From an uncultured Planctomycetota bacterium (GTDB taxonomy: Bacteria > Planctomycetota > Planctomycetia > Gemmatales > Gemmataceae): a DNA stretch of 64,000 bases. The stretch spans positions 160,001 through 224,000 of the forward strand of contig CAWKHF010000006.1 of the NCBI GenBank assembly GCA_963849325.1, read 5' to 3'. The notes under the pieces are model-generated. The model ran no database searches. It saw nothing but the letters and a program-made list of their open reading frames with translations, and was not told the origin of the DNA. The position numbers and the translations under genes are program-made. Shown piece after piece: positions 29,047 through 39,961 of the stretch (position 1 is the first letter of the stretch; each line of letters begins with the position of its first letter).

Positions 29047-31218
29047 TTTTTTCCTGGGGGCGATCGACGGCGAGGACGGCGGCGCCGGCGGCGTGGCGGA
29101 CCTCGTCGTCGGGATCGTTGATCATCACGTCGCGCAGAGTGCCGAGCTGTCTCAGGGCCAGCGCGCCGAAGCGCCCAGCGTCTGCGCCGCCTCGACGCGC
29201 ACGCTGGCGGGCAGAGAGCGCTGGCGCAGGATCCAGGCGACGTTGGGCAGGGCTGGCTGCGCATCGGTGCCAATGCCTTGCAGCGTGTGCAGGATGGCGA
29301 TGATGTACTCCTTGTCGCCGCGATTGATGACCCGAGCCAGGTGCGGCACTGCGTCCTTGGCCAAGGGACCATACAGCTCCAGGGCGTAAGCGACCGTGAT
29401 GCGGACGCTGATGTCCTCGCGGTCGTTGAGCAAGCGCGTCAGGGCGCGGACAACCTCGGACGCTTCGTTCCGTTCGCGGGCGCGTTCGGCGAGACGGCCG
29501 AGCGTGCGCGCGGCGGCCCAGCGGACGAACTTGTTGCGGTCGGATAGGGTGCGGATCAGGGCCGGGATCGCCGGCGCCGCCCGATCGCCGAAAGTCTCCA
29601 GCACGTCCAGCGCGGCCAGACGAACCTTGTAATCGGCATCGCTCAGCCCCGCCGTCATGGACTCGACAGTGCCCTGGAGGTTCCCCTCCAGCTGCGCCGG
29701 CGGCGGTGGCGCCTCGACCTTCGTGGCGACAAACGCCACCGGCGACACGACGGCGACCGGACGCGCCGGCTCCGTCGCTTGCAGCTTCACCGGCCGGCCC
29801 AGGGTCGCGGCTGGGGTCTGGTCGGCCAACGCCGGCGCGACCGGACGGGAGGGCAGTCCCAACCGCGCGGCCGCCCACTGCGAGGGCCGGGCGGAGGGAC
29901 GACGAGCGCCGCGCGCCGGGATCAAAGGCACACCGATGTCGGGGCCCTTTTTCGGCTCCGGGGTCGGTTCGGTCGGCAGCGGCCGCGGTGCCGGCAGCGG
30001 CGTCTCCTCCATCAGACGCGCCTTCTGCGACACCAGCACCAGCGTTTCCAAGAGATGACAGGCGGCGACCCGCAGTTCCGCGTCCGAGTCCCGCGCGGCA
30101 CGGTTCAACTCCGGTAGGCTCTTTTGCACCGCCGTCAGGATGGGACGATACGGCGGGAGACCGCTGGCGGGCAGCCTGCGATTGCCGGTCAGGTCGTCCA
30201 GGGTCGTCGCCGTTTTCTGGCAGGCTTCGAGGCTGGCGCGGCGCACCTCTCGATCCGAGTCCGAGCAGGCCGACGACGGCGGCCGGGAAGAGCCGCTCCA
30301 GACCCCGCAACGTCGGCTTGGGGTCGGCCTTGTCCATGCGCTGATAAACGAGATCGACCATGTGGGCCAGCGCCGCGCCGTCGCTCGCCGCGTGACGACG
30401 GCGACGCGCTCGGCATCCAGCAGCGGCCGCAGGATCGGCACCGTCACGAGCGGATCGGTCTCCAGCTCGCTCAGGGCTTGCACGGCGGCCACCTGCACCT
30501 GCGGCTGGGCGTCCCGCGTCGCCTTTTGCAGATCGGCGTCCAGCTCGCGCAGACGCTGACGCAGGAAACGCGAACCCATTCCGCCGCTCTTGCGCAACGG
30601 GTTCGTCGGAGCGACGCCCGGCAACTCGGCGTTGTCCTGGCGCCGAGCATGGGCCAAGATTTCGCTAACCAGGTTGGCGGCGGCGATGCGGTCGGCCGAG
30701 CGCTCGCTCCGCAGATAAAAGCGGATACGTCCCTCCAGACGTTCCAGGAGCGTCAGACGCACACTCCGCTTGATCTCGGCGGCGACCAGTTGCGTGGCCT
30801 CGGCGGCGTTGTCCTTGGCCATCGCCACCAGGTTCTCCACGTCGCGTTGGAAGCGGGCGTCGTCCGGCTGCCGCACCGCCGCCTCGACCTTGTCCAGCGG
30901 CACGGCCGTCCCCTCGGACAACTCGGCCGAACCCCACTCCGGCAGCAGCAGGACCCGCGCCACTTCGCCCAGCGAGGGCAGCTGCCGCGCCGCCTCCCGC
31001 AAATCGCGGCGGCGCTGGACCAGGATCTCGACCGGAATGGGATCGTCACTGCCCAGGGAGCGATCCTGGAGCAGCAGACGCTTAAACTCCTCGACCCCGT
31101 CCATGGGCAAAGGGACGGCGCCGGCTCGGCCGCCGACCAATCCGGTCAGGACGACAAGCAGAGCGAACCCCGGAACGCGGGAGGCCAGACCAGAGGAGAG
31201 CAAGGGGATTGGCTGCAT
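29039..31218 (-). CDS. Exported HEAT-repeat protein (apparent frameshifts)
   Basis: Signal-like N-terminus; HEAT repeats such as LSDADYKVRLAALDVL and DRNKFVRWAAARTLG. Confidence 0.82.
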
Positions 31219-31654
31219 GGCAGTCGTGCTCCTGACGGGGCCATTGCCCCGGGCGGAAAAGCGGACGCCGGCCGAATGCCTGCGCATTTCTCCCATTGTA
31301 ACAACGAGGGGGCGGATGCGCGGCATTTCTTCCTTGACATCGGTTATCCCCCTCGCCAACCTCTCCCGCTTCGCGTCAACCGCCGTGTCGGGCCGGACGC
31401 CGCCGAGCAATTCTAACGATTGCAACGATCTTGCCACCGGCCGCTCTGTACGACGATCACACAACTTGTTTGAAATCGTGACACCGAACCCGACCGCCCC
31501 GGATCGCGGTCCCGCCGGGCATCGCTGCGCAAATCTGTCCTAAGAAGTCATTTAGGACAAATCCGGTTCATCGGATCGATCGATGGCCGCTTGGCACCCG
31601 ATTCGCTCTTTTTATTCAGCGATTCGACCGGAGGCCGGTGATGGGAAAGAAGGT

Positions 31655-31972
31655 ATGCCGCAACTGCTTGAGAGTGTGAGATCGCCTCTTGTCCGCCTCT
31701 CCGGCAATTCCCTGCCGTTACGCAGTGTCCGGCCTTCTCTGCTCGATGTGCGTTTCACCGGCGATCCCTGGGTGGTCGATCATCAGGACGGCTCGGCTTC
31801 TGTCCGGCTGGACGACTATCGCCTGGCTCGGATTGAAACGCTGGCCGTCGATGTGCCCTCCCTCAATCAACTCTTGCTGCAACTCCGTCAGTGGCAGATG
31901 CGCCGCCGTCTGTATTGCCAGATGCGCGCGCGCCGCGGCGAAACGATCGTGCGCAGTCAATCCATCCAGTAA
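31655..31972 (+). CDS. Hypothetical protein
   Basis: AGAAGG before ATG; 105-aa ORF filling the gap; no motif recognised. Confidence 0.4.
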   Translation: MPQLLESVRSPLVRLSGNSLPLRSVRPSLLDVRFTGDPWVVDHQDGSASVRLDDYRLARIETLAVDVPSLNQLLLQLRQWQMRRRLYCQMRARRGETIVRSQSIQ

Positions 31973-32430
31973 TGTCCGACGAGGAGGCCGGCGCCGAAGG
32001 CCAGGGCCAGCAGCAGGATGGCCAGTACCGTCAGCCAGGTGGCCTGCGTGGGCGAGAGCACCAGTCCCGCCTGCGACCGCGGCGGCACGCTCGACGGGAG
32101 CGAGGGTGAAGGGAGGCGCTCGAATTCCGCGGGCGCCGGCAGACCCGGCGGAGGCGGGTTGCTCTCACGCGGAGGCGGCGCTTCGTTGGCCGGGCCTAGC
32201 AAAAACGCCTCGAAGTCGCTGCGCTCGAAGAGCGGGGGGGCCGTCGCGGCGGCGGCTTCCGGGGCCGGAGCGGCCGGCTTGTTCTTCGCGGCGGCTGGTG
32301 GTTCGGCCGTATCGGCGTGGGGCACGACGACCTGACCGTGGCAGGTCGGACACTCCACCGTCATCCCCGCCTTGCGGCGCGAGATGCCCATCAACTGGTT
32401 GCAGAAACGACAGCGAAATCGGATCGGCAT
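31957..32430 (-). CDS. Zn-ribbon membrane protein (planctomycete type)
   Basis: MPIRFRCRFC...VECPTC, Pro-rich linker, C-terminal TM. Confidence 0.8.
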   Translation of the reverse strand: MPIRFRCRFCNQLMGISRRKAGMTVECPTCHGQVVVPHADTAEPPAAAKNKPAAPAPEAAAATAPPLFERSDFEAFLLGPANEAPPPRESNPPPPGLPAPAEFERLPSPSLPSSVPPRSQAGLVLSPTQATWLTVLAILLLALAFGAGLLVGHYWMD

Positions 32431-32463
32431 GGGTGCGAATCTCTCGCCCAACCATCATTTCTT

Positions 32464-32529
32464 GTTTAGCCGCGACGCGCAGCGGAGCGCGGGGTTCTCC
32501 CCGCGCTCCGCTGCGCGTCGCGGCTAAAC
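32464..32529. repeat. REP-like palindrome (family B)
   Basis: gtttagccgcgacgcgcagcggagcgcgggg and its reverse complement. Confidence 0.9.
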
Positions 32530-32677
32530 GGGGAACGGGCGATGCAACTGTTACTTGACGGGGCGGCCCCCGACCCGCCAGAATATCTAAGTATATCCGG
32601 TCTGGTTCGGAATCGCTCTCTCCAGGCCCGCCCGAGGGACGTTGGTGCCTGTCTCAAGGAAAACTGGAGCGTGCCTC

Positions 32678-35101
32678 ATGCCAACTGTCTTCCGCGCCTC
32701 GTGGTGTCGCCACGTCCTCGGAGCCGCCTTACTGGCGGCGCTCGTGCCGCTGACCGCCGGACCTCGCCCCGCTCACGCCGACATGATCTTCCTCAAGGAC
32801 GGCTTCGCCATGGAAGGCCGCGTCAAGAGGGAGATGGAGTTGGAGTTCGACAAGGTCAGCAAGGACATGTACCACATGCCCAAGGGCTTCTTCTTTGTCG
32901 ATGACGGCCCGCGACACATCTTTTTCAGTCCCTCGCAGGTGCGGCTGGTTTATCCCAAGGATCCGCCCGTCGAGGAGAAGATTGTCCGCGCCGACACCCA
33001 ACACCATGGCGGCGTGCAGATTAACCCGAAGAAGCTGCCGGAGCTGCTCGAAGTAGTCACGGCACCGCCGTGGGACGAGCATTGGGACCGTCGTTTCCAG
33101 TTCCGCGCTCCCTCCCTCCCCGGAAGGAACGTTAGCCTCATCAATGTGCCGCAGCACATCGGCTTGCTGACGCCGTACTGGGCGCGGGTCGATTCGCCGG
33201 GGAATTATTTCTGGAGCTGCGCCTACCTGACGCGCGAGTTCGGTCCCGAGACGGTGCAGACACTGCTGGCGACGCATCCGGATTTCCAGGAACGCAAGGA
33301 CATGACGGCGGCGAAGCGCGTATCGCGGCGTCTGCGCAAGGCCGACTTCTTCGCCCAGGCCGGCTGGCTCGACCTCGCCGAGCGGGAGTTGGACCGCATC
33401 GTCTCCGACCTGCCCGGCGAGAAGGAGCGCGCCGAGGCCGCTCGCAAAACACTCCTCAAGCTCCGCGGCCGCGACGCCATCGAGGAGATCAAGCGCCGCC
33501 ACCTGGCCGGGCAGCACCAGCGCGTTCGTCAGCGCCTGGCCGACTTCTCGACCAAGGGCGTGTCGGAGAAGATGGTTGTCGAGCTGCAGGAGCTGAAGGC
33601 CGAGTACGAGAACACCGACCGGCTGCTGGCGGAGACGGGCCGGCTGCTGGACCAGGTGCGACGCGAGGCGCAAGGGGCGGACGGCAAGCAGTTGGCCGCG
33701 GCGGCCGCCGTCATTCGCGCCGACCTCGACTTCGAGAACGTCGGCCGGCTCGACGCCTTTCTGGGCCAGGCGCGTCAGGCGGAGCGCCTGCACAAGAAGG
33801 GCAAGCCGGTCGAGGTCGGCGTCGAGCAGTTGTTGAGCCTGGCCGTGTCCGGCTGGCTGCTCGGCAGTGCCTCGGCCGAGACCAGTTCCGAGACGGCCCT
33901 GCGCCTGTGGCGCGGCCGGGAGATGGTGCTAACCTACCTGCGCAGCGACGACGAGGGTCAGCGCCAGGCTCTCGTGCGGGCGCACCTGCGCGGCTCGAAC
34001 CGAGAGTCGGCCTCGCTGGACGAACTGATCCAGATCATCCGCCAGCTGCCGCCGATGGAGCCGGAGCCGAAGCCGGACGACAAGGTGGTCGAGCGCAAGG
34101 CCGACGGCGCGACGTACCTGTTGCAGCTGCCGGCGGAGTATCGGCACAGCCGGCCTTACCCAATACTGATCGTGCTGCACCAGGCCGGCGAATCCGCGCG
34201 CGACATGCTGAACCGTTGGGCCGAGTCGGCCGCGGAGCACGGCTACATCCTGGCCGCGCCGCAGTGGCAGGACAGCGGGCTGGGCGGCAGCTACGGCTAC
34301 AGCGAACGCGAGCACGCCACGGTGCTGGGCACGCTCAAGGATCTGCGCCGCCGTTTCAACGTGGACGACGACCGCGTCTTTCTGTTCGGCCTGGGTGAAG
34401 GCGGGGCGATGGCCTTCAACGTCGGCCTGGGCCATCCGGACCTGTTCGCCGGCGTGATGCCGATGGGGGCCGGGCCGCAGTACCAGGCCGAGATCTGCTG
34501 GCGCAACGGCCAATACCTGCCCTTTTACGTCATGCACGGCAACCGCGGCCCCAACGGCGACAAGATTCGCCGCCAGTTCGAGATCTGGGTGCAGCGCAAC
34601 TTCCCCATGCTGTGGATCGACTACCGAGGACGCGGCGTCGAATGGTTCGGCGGCGAGGTGCCGAACCTGTTCGATTGGATGCACAGCAAGCGCCGCGCTT
34701 TCCCGCTGCGCAAGCTCGGCACCGACGGCGGCGGCGGCAAGTTCGGCAACGAGTTCTACACCATGCGCGCCGGCGACAACCACTTCTACTGGTTCAGTGC
34801 CGACGAGATTGTGAAGCGGCGTTCGCCGGCGTCGCTGTTCGCCGAAATCCACCAGGAGACCAACCACATCCGCGTGACCACCTCCGGCATCCGTCACGCC
34901 ACCCTCTGGCTGGGCCGCAACAGCAAGGGCGAGGACATGATCGACTTCGATAAGCCGGTGACCGTATGGGCCAACTTTGCAGCGGTGTGGGCCAACCGCA
35001 AGGTGACGCCGAGTATCGAAGTGCTGCTGGAGGACCTGTACCAGCGCGGCGACCGCCAGCAACTGTTCTTCGCCAAGATTCCGCTGAAACTGATGCGCTA
35101 A
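32678..35101 (+). CDS. Large exported alpha/beta-hydrolase-fold protein
   Basis: Signal peptide ending PAHA; YPILIVLH, VDDDRVFLFGLGEGG and HPDLFAG motifs. The nucleophile elbow reads GLGEG rather than GxSxG. Confidence 0.8.
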   Translation: MPTVFRASWCRHVLGAALLAALVPLTAGPRPAHADMIFLKDGFAMEGRVKREMELEFDKVSKDMYHMPKGFFFVDDGPRHIFFSPSQVRLVYPKDPPVEEKIVRADTQHHGGVQINPKKLPELLEVVTAPPWDEHWDRRFQFRAPSLPGRNVSLINVPQHIGLLTPYWARVDSPGNYFWSCAYLTREFGPETVQTLLATHPDFQERKDMTAAKRVSRRLRKADFFAQAGWLDLAERELDRIVSDLPGEKERAEAARKTLLKLRGRDAIEEIKRRHLAGQHQRVRQRLADFSTKGVSEKMVVELQELKAEYENTDRLLAETGRLLDQVRREAQGADGKQLAAAAAVIRADLDFENVGRLDAFLGQARQAERLHKKGKPVEVGVEQLLSLAVSGWLLGSASAETSSETALRLWRGREMVLTYLRSDDEGQRQALVRAHLRGSNRESASLDELIQIIRQLPPMEPEPKPDDKVVERKADGATYLLQLPAEYRHSRPYPILIVLHQAGESARDMLNRWAESAAEHGYILAAPQWQDSGLGGSYGYSEREHATVLGTLKDLRRRFNVDDDRVFLFGLGEGGAMAFNVGLGHPDLFAGVMPMGAGPQYQAEICWRNGQYLPFYVMHGNRGPNGDKIRRQFEIWVQRNFPMLWIDYRGRGVEWFGGEVPNLFDWMHSKRRAFPLRKLGTDGGGGKFGNEFYTMRAGDNHFYWFSADEIVKRRSPASLFAEIHQETNHIRVTTSGIRHATLWLGRNSKGEDMIDFDKPVTVWANFAAVWANRKVTPSIEVLLEDLYQRGDRQQLFFAKIPLKLMR

Positions 35102-35119
35102 CCACGAAGACAAAAACCC

Positions 35120-35319
35120 TTTCACCACGGAAAAGACGGAAAAGACGGAAAAAGACAAAGACAAAATCAAGAGGGCGTGTCCGGGAATAAATGACGATTC
35201 GCGGCGGCTCGCAGGGTCGCGCGGTCCTGCGAGCCGCCGCGAAACGGAAATTATCCCCGGAGGCATTCTTGGTTTTGTCTTTGTTTTTTTCCGTCTTTTC
35301 CGTGTTTTCCGTGGTGAAA
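35120..35319. repeat. Composite fold-back: family C arms enclosing a family B-like GC hairpin (35198-35243)
   Basis: tttcaccacggaaaagacggaaaagacgg... and ...ccgtcttttccgtgttttccgtggtgaaa, with inner ttcgcggcggctcgcagg / cctgcgagccgccgcgaa. Confidence 0.85.
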
Positions 35320-35336
35320 AAGTTTTGTCCGTGGTG

Positions 35337-35825
35337 TCACTCGGCGCGGCGCACCGATACAATCGTGACGTCCTGCACCGGCACGTCGTCGTGCATGCCG
35401 CGCCGCCCCGTCTTGACGCCCTTGATCTTGTCCACCACGTCCATGCCCTTGACGACCTTACCGAAGACGCAGTAGCGCGGCTTGTCCAGGCCGCCCGAGT
35501 TGTCCACCACGTTGATGAAGAACTGGGCCGTGGCGCTGTCGGGGTCATTGGTGCGGGCCATGGCGATGCTGCCACGCACGTTCGACAAGCCGTTGCCCGA
35601 CTCGTTTTTGATGGGCGCCTTCGTCTTCTTCTGCTTGAGGCCCGGCTCGAAGCCGCCGCCCTGGATCATGAAAGTGGGGATGACGCGATGAAAGATCGTG
35701 CCGTCGTAGAACTCGTCCTCGACGTAGGACAGAAAGTTGGTCACGGTGACGGGCGCCTTGTCGCCGTCCAGTTCCAGCTGGATCGTACCGAGTGAGGTCT
35801 CCATGACGACGAACGTGCCGGGCAT
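35337..35825 (-). CDS. Cyclophilin-type peptidyl-prolyl isomerase
   Basis: [25 protein letters not shown] and SATAQFFIN motifs. Confidence 0.95.
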   Translation of the reverse strand: MPGTFVVMETSLGTIQLELDGDKAPVTVTNFLSYVEDEFYDGTIFHRVIPTFMIQGGGFEPGLKQKKTKAPIKNESGNGLSNVRGSIAMARTNDPDSATAQFFINVVDNSGGLDKPRYCVFGKVVKGMDVVDKIKGVKTGRRGMHDDVPVQDVTIVSVRRAE

Positions 35826-35862
35826 GACAAAGCCCTCCAGTTAGGGGTAGGCGGGGAGATGG

Positions 35863-36504
35863 TTACTTGTCGGCGCGGCGAACCGACTTGATGACAACGT
35901 CCTCCTCGGGCACGTCCTCGAAGACCCCGGGGATGAGTGCCTGGGTCTTGACGTTCTTGATCTTGTCCACCACGTCCATGCCCTCGATGACCTTGCCGAA
36001 GACGCAGTAGCGTGGCCGATCCAGTTTGGAGCTGTTATCGACCACGTTGATGAAGAACTGGGCGGTGGCGCTGTCGAGGTCGCGGGTGCGGGCCATGGCG
36101 ATGCTGCCGCGCACGTTCGACAAGCCGTTGCCCGACTCGTTTTTGATGGGGTCGCGGGTCTTCTTCTCCTTGGCCTTGACCTCCGCGGGGGTGCGGGCCT
36201 TGCCTAGCCCCTCCTCGAAGCCGCCGCCCTGGATCATGAAGTCCGGGATGATGCGATGGAAGATGGTGCCGTCGTAAAACTTGTCATCGACGTAGGCGAG
36301 AAAGTTCTTGACCGTGCCGGGCGCCTTGGCGTCGTCCAGTTCGATCTTGATGGTGCCCATCAACGTCTCCATGACGACGACGGGGTTCTTGGCGTCGGCG
36401 GCGACGGCTTCGCGCCTGTCGGCGGCGATCGTCGTGGTCTTGTCCTCGGCGCAGGAGGCGCCGGCCAGGGCGACACAGGCGGCGAGGAAAAGCAAACGTT
36501 TCAT
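35863..36504 (-). CDS. Cyclophilin-type PPIase with probable lipoprotein signal
   Basis: [18 protein letters not shown] followed by the same cyclophilin motifs. Confidence 0.93.
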   Translation of the reverse strand: MKRLLFLAACVALAGASCAEDKTTTIAADRREAVAADAKNPVVVMETLMGTIKIELDDAKAPGTVKNFLAYVDDKFYDGTIFHRIIPDFMIQGGGFEEGLGKARTPAEVKAKEKKTRDPIKNESGNGLSNVRGSIAMARTRDLDSATAQFFINVVDNSSKLDRPRYCVFGKVIEGMDVVDKIKNVKTQALIPGVFEDVPEEDVVIKSVRRADK

Positions 36505-36601
36505 GATCGAAAGTCTCCCGTGGAGTCAAAGGGTCAGCCCGGCGCACGGCGGACCACGCCCGGGAGACTGTTAGCAAACCGCATCCGGCTGGGGAATGCA
36601 A

Positions 36602-36698
36602 GGGAATAGGGAATAGGGAATAGGGAATAGGGAATAGGGAAGAGAGAGGAGGATCCTTCTTCCCTATTCCCTATTCCCTATTCCCTATTCCCTTTTTT
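36602..36698. repeat. Inverted heptamer arrays (GGGAATA)5...(TATTCCC)4 T6 with no gene between them
   Basis: Directly visible; same ends as those flanking the four-helix-bundle gene. Confidence 0.92.
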
Positions 36699-36701
36699 GA
36701 T

Positions 36702-37313
36702 TTAGCGGCGACGTCGGAGGAACAGGCCGAACAACGGCACGCCGATGCCGGCCAGCACGAGACTGGACGGTTCGGGATTGTGGTAGGAGACGTCGAAGTT
36801 GAAGACGACGCCCTGGAACGGGCCGGCGCCCGAGACCAATCGGAAGGAGTCGAACTTCACGTCGAAAGTGGGATCGCTCCCCGGAGCCGCGCTCGAGGTT
36901 AAAAGGGGGATCGTCGGCGTCAGGGTCGAACCGTTCTTCCAGACCTCGCCGTTGAGGGTGCCGGTGTAGACGAAGTCGCTCACCTTGCCGTTGGGGCTGG
37001 TGATTTTCAGATCGAGGGTGTAGGGCATGGCGGAGATGGGCAGCGGATCGCTGACCGGAGCGTTGCTGACGGTATACAGCCGGGTGGAGATGGAAGTCGT
37101 CGTGCCGGGGTTGCTGGTCACCGAGGAGCTGTTGCCGGGCATGGTGATGACGGTCTGATGGTTCGATTTGTCGAAAAAGGTGAAGGGCGGCTGGGCCGAG
37201 AACTGGTAACTCCAGGTGTTGCTCGCGGAGGAGGTGATCAGGCCGGCGCGGGCAGCGGGGCCGGCACACAGAAAGCAGGCGGCCGCCAGGCCAAGGGTTG
37301 CGGCGCGTTTCAT
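36702..37313 (-). CDS. PEP-CTERM sorting domain protein
   Basis: Signal peptide ending AARA; C-terminal NPEPSSLVLAGIGVPLFGLFLRRRR. Confidence 0.9.
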   Translation of the reverse strand: MKRAATLGLAAACFLCAGPAARAGLITSSASNTWSYQFSAQPPFTFFDKSNHQTVITMPGNSSSVTSNPGTTTSISTRLYTVSNAPVSDPLPISAMPYTLDLKITSPNGKVSDFVYTGTLNGEVWKNGSTLTPTIPLLTSSAAPGSDPTFDVKFDSFRLVSGAGPFQGVVFNFDVSYHNPEPSSLVLAGIGVPLFGLFLRRRR

Positions 37314-37571
37314 CGGAGGCATCCTTTCCTTCCAAGAGGGTTCCTGGCCCGCATTCCATGCGCGGGGGCAGGGAGGTTGAAAGTCGGCTGCGAAGTGACA
37401 GCGATGCTACAAGAAACCGCGTCGCCATGTCAACGCGGACTCGCCAATCGCGCACGCCTCCCCGACTCGCCCGGTGGGGTCTGTCTTGCGAAGAAAGCCG
37501 TTGACAGGTCCGGGACGGCTCTGTCACACTACGATCCACTCCCGACAACCCAGGGCAAGGAGGCCACCCTC

Positions 37572-39287
37572 GTGATCCGACCCTTGAGCGTTCATCTCCT
37601 CCGTGGCGTGCAAGCCGATTCCCTCCTGGAAGACCCGGCATTTCGGGCCGAGTGGCTGGGGCTGTGCCAGCGCTGTCCGTGGGCCACGGCGTACCAGCAG
37701 CCGGACTACGCGGCCGTCTGGTACGCCGTCTATCGCCGCCGCTTCGAGCCGATCCTGGTCCTGTCGCGGGACGGCGACGGCGCGCTCCAGGGTCTGCTGG
37801 CGCTGACCCTGTCCGCGCGGGACGGCGGCCTGATCGTCGCCGGCGGACGGCAGGCCGAATACCAGACGTGGATCAGTCCGCCCGATCTCGGAGGCGCGTT
37901 CGCCGCCCAAGCCGTGCGCGCGCTGCGGCGGAGCTTCCCGCGGGCTGTGCTGACGTTTCAATACCTCCCGCCCGGAGCGCCAACCGATTGGCTCGACGCC
38001 GCCGACATGCGGCGGATGTATCGATTGGCTTCGCATCGCCGGCCGCTGGTGCGCCTCCAGCGCGGCGAGGAGATCGAGTCTGTCCTCAAGAACAAACGGA
38101 CGCGCTATCGGCTCAAGCAACTCGAAAAAGCAGGTCCGCTGGAGTTCAAGCACATCACGGATGCGAGCGAATTCGCGGAGTTATTCGATACGATTATTCA
38201 CTATTACGACTTTCGGCAGGAGGCGATGTACGGTCTATCGCCGTTCCGCCACGACGATCTCAAGAAGGAATACACCCTCGCCCGCATGAGCAGCGGCACG
38301 GCTCGGCCGCACGCCACGGTGCTGACGGTCGGCGATCAGATCGCTTCGGCCCACCTGGGCGCCTGCACCGACAAGGAAGTCCACCTGGGCATTCTGGCGC
38401 ACAACCCGTTTTTGGCGAAGCATTCGCCCGGCAAGTTTCATCTGCTGTTCCTGGCCCGGATGCTGCGCGAGCAAGGGTACGAGCGCCTCGACCTCACGCC
38501 CGGCGACAGCTCCTACAAGGAGAATTTCGCCAATGACTGTGACGAGGTGCAAACCTTGACGCTGTTCCTGTCGCCGGCGCAGCGGACGAAGGCGGTCGTC
38601 CGCGAGCGCGTCGTCGGCGCCGTCGCCGGCGGCCTTCGCACCTGCCGCGTCGAACCGGGACGGGTCCGCGCGCTCGTCCACCATCTCACAGGCGCTCATC
38701 CGGTGCACACTCCCAGCCGCGTCCTGCGCCGTGCCCGGCAGTGGCTCGGGCGACAACAGGAGCTGCGCATCTACTCCCTGGAGACGGCGAGGGTGCCGGA
38801 CGTCCACGAGGCCACGCAGGTCCGGCGCGATGCGGTGGGAGATTTGCTCGACTATCAAGCCGCCGAGCCGCGGCCGTCGCGTCAGCGATTTTTATCCGCC
38901 GCCCTGGCGCGCCTGGAGAACGGCCTGCACGTTTACACGTTCGCGGAGAACGGTCGGCTCCAACATTTCGGCTGGCTCGTCGAGGCGGCGGAGCAATTTG
39001 TGCTCGACGAGGAGATGCAAGATTTTCGCTTTCCGGCCCACAGCGCGTACCTGTTCGACTTCCACACCGCGCCCGAGGCCCGAGGACGCGGCCTGTTCGG
39101 CCAATCTCTGCGGGCCATGCTCCGCGATGCGGCCCACCTACCGGAGACAGAGAAAATCTACATCTCGGTGCCGGCCGACAACGGCCCGGCGCGGCACGTC
39201 ATCGAGAAGGCCGGCTTCCGGCACGAAAGCTCGCTGTTCGAGGAAGTGCAGTTCGGGCGAGCGCGGCGATGGGCCTGTGTGTCCTGA
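37572..39287 (+). CDS. Two-domain GNAT protein (CelD/BcsL-like plus C-terminal GNAT)
   Basis: AAGGAGG plus GTG; WATAYQ, HSPGKFHL, LDLTPGDSSYK, PEARGRGL and NGPARHVIEKAGF motifs. Confidence 0.82.
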   Translation: MIRPLSVHLLRGVQADSLLEDPAFRAEWLGLCQRCPWATAYQQPDYAAVWYAVYRRRFEPILVLSRDGDGALQGLLALTLSARDGGLIVAGGRQAEYQTWISPPDLGGAFAAQAVRALRRSFPRAVLTFQYLPPGAPTDWLDAADMRRMYRLASHRRPLVRLQRGEEIESVLKNKRTRYRLKQLEKAGPLEFKHITDASEFAELFDTIIHYYDFRQEAMYGLSPFRHDDLKKEYTLARMSSGTARPHATVLTVGDQIASAHLGACTDKEVHLGILAHNPFLAKHSPGKFHLLFLARMLREQGYERLDLTPGDSSYKENFANDCDEVQTLTLFLSPAQRTKAVVRERVVGAVAGGLRTCRVEPGRVRALVHHLTGAHPVHTPSRVLRRARQWLGRQQELRIYSLETARVPDVHEATQVRRDAVGDLLDYQAAEPRPSRQRFLSAALARLENGLHVYTFAENGRLQHFGWLVEAAEQFVLDEEMQDFRFPAHSAYLFDFHTAPEARGRGLFGQSLRAMLRDAAHLPETEKIYISVPADNGPARHVIEKAGFRHESSLFEEVQFGRARRWACVS

Positions 39288-39298
39288 TCGATCGCCCT

Positions 39299-39961
39299 TC
39301 AAGGAGCCGATGGAGGCATCGGCCTCGGGAGCATCTGTTGCCGTACCCATTCGCGGAACTGTCGCGCAATCGTGGTGTCGTCAGTCTGCCCCCACGGAGC
39401 GAGAAAGGGTGGCAGGTCGGCGGAGGCCAGTTGCGGGAATGACAGGCTGTTGGAGCGGACCTGGTACGCGCCCGCATCGAGAGTATGAAACGCGATCCCT
39501 CCAGTGCTTAACCGCCAAACCTCCGGCACACCCAGGGCAGCGTAGATACTCATGCGGTCGATCGAGCTGCTGGTGACATCGACCTCGACGGCAAGGTCCG
39601 GCGGCGGATCGATGCGCAGGTTGAGATGACGTTTGCCCTGGACGCGCGGCATGTTGGCGATCCAGTAGCAGTTGTCGGGTTCCAATCCTCGACGCTTCCG
39701 TCGGCGCCGCAGGGTTACGGATCGACCGGCCATGCAGGGCAGGGCCAACTCGTCCGTCAACACATCGATGAGGCGACCCACCAGGTAAGCCGGTTGTTCG
39801 TGCTCCCGAAGGGGACTCCTGATTTCCAGGCTCCCTCGGTCATACGTGATGCGGAAACGGCGCTGCCCCTGCAAGGCCCGCAGCAGGCGCGTATAGGTGA
39901 GCCAGTCGATACCGTGCAGCACAGCCGGCGGAGGAGCGGCCGGACGAGCTATCGTGGACAT
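39299..39961 (-). CDS. Uma2 family endonuclease
   Basis: RITYDRGSLEI, GLEPDNCYWI, PPPDLAVEVD and YAALGVPEVW motifs. Confidence 0.92.
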   Translation of the reverse strand: MSTIARPAAPPPAVLHGIDWLTYTRLLRALQGQRRFRITYDRGSLEIRSPLREHEQPAYLVGRLIDVLTDELALPCMAGRSVTLRRRRKRRGLEPDNCYWIANMPRVQGKRHLNLRIDPPPDLAVEVDVTSSSIDRMSIYAALGVPEVWRLSTGGIAFHTLDAGAYQVRSNSLSFPQLASADLPPFLAPWGQTDDTTIARQFREWVRQQMLPRPMPPSAP

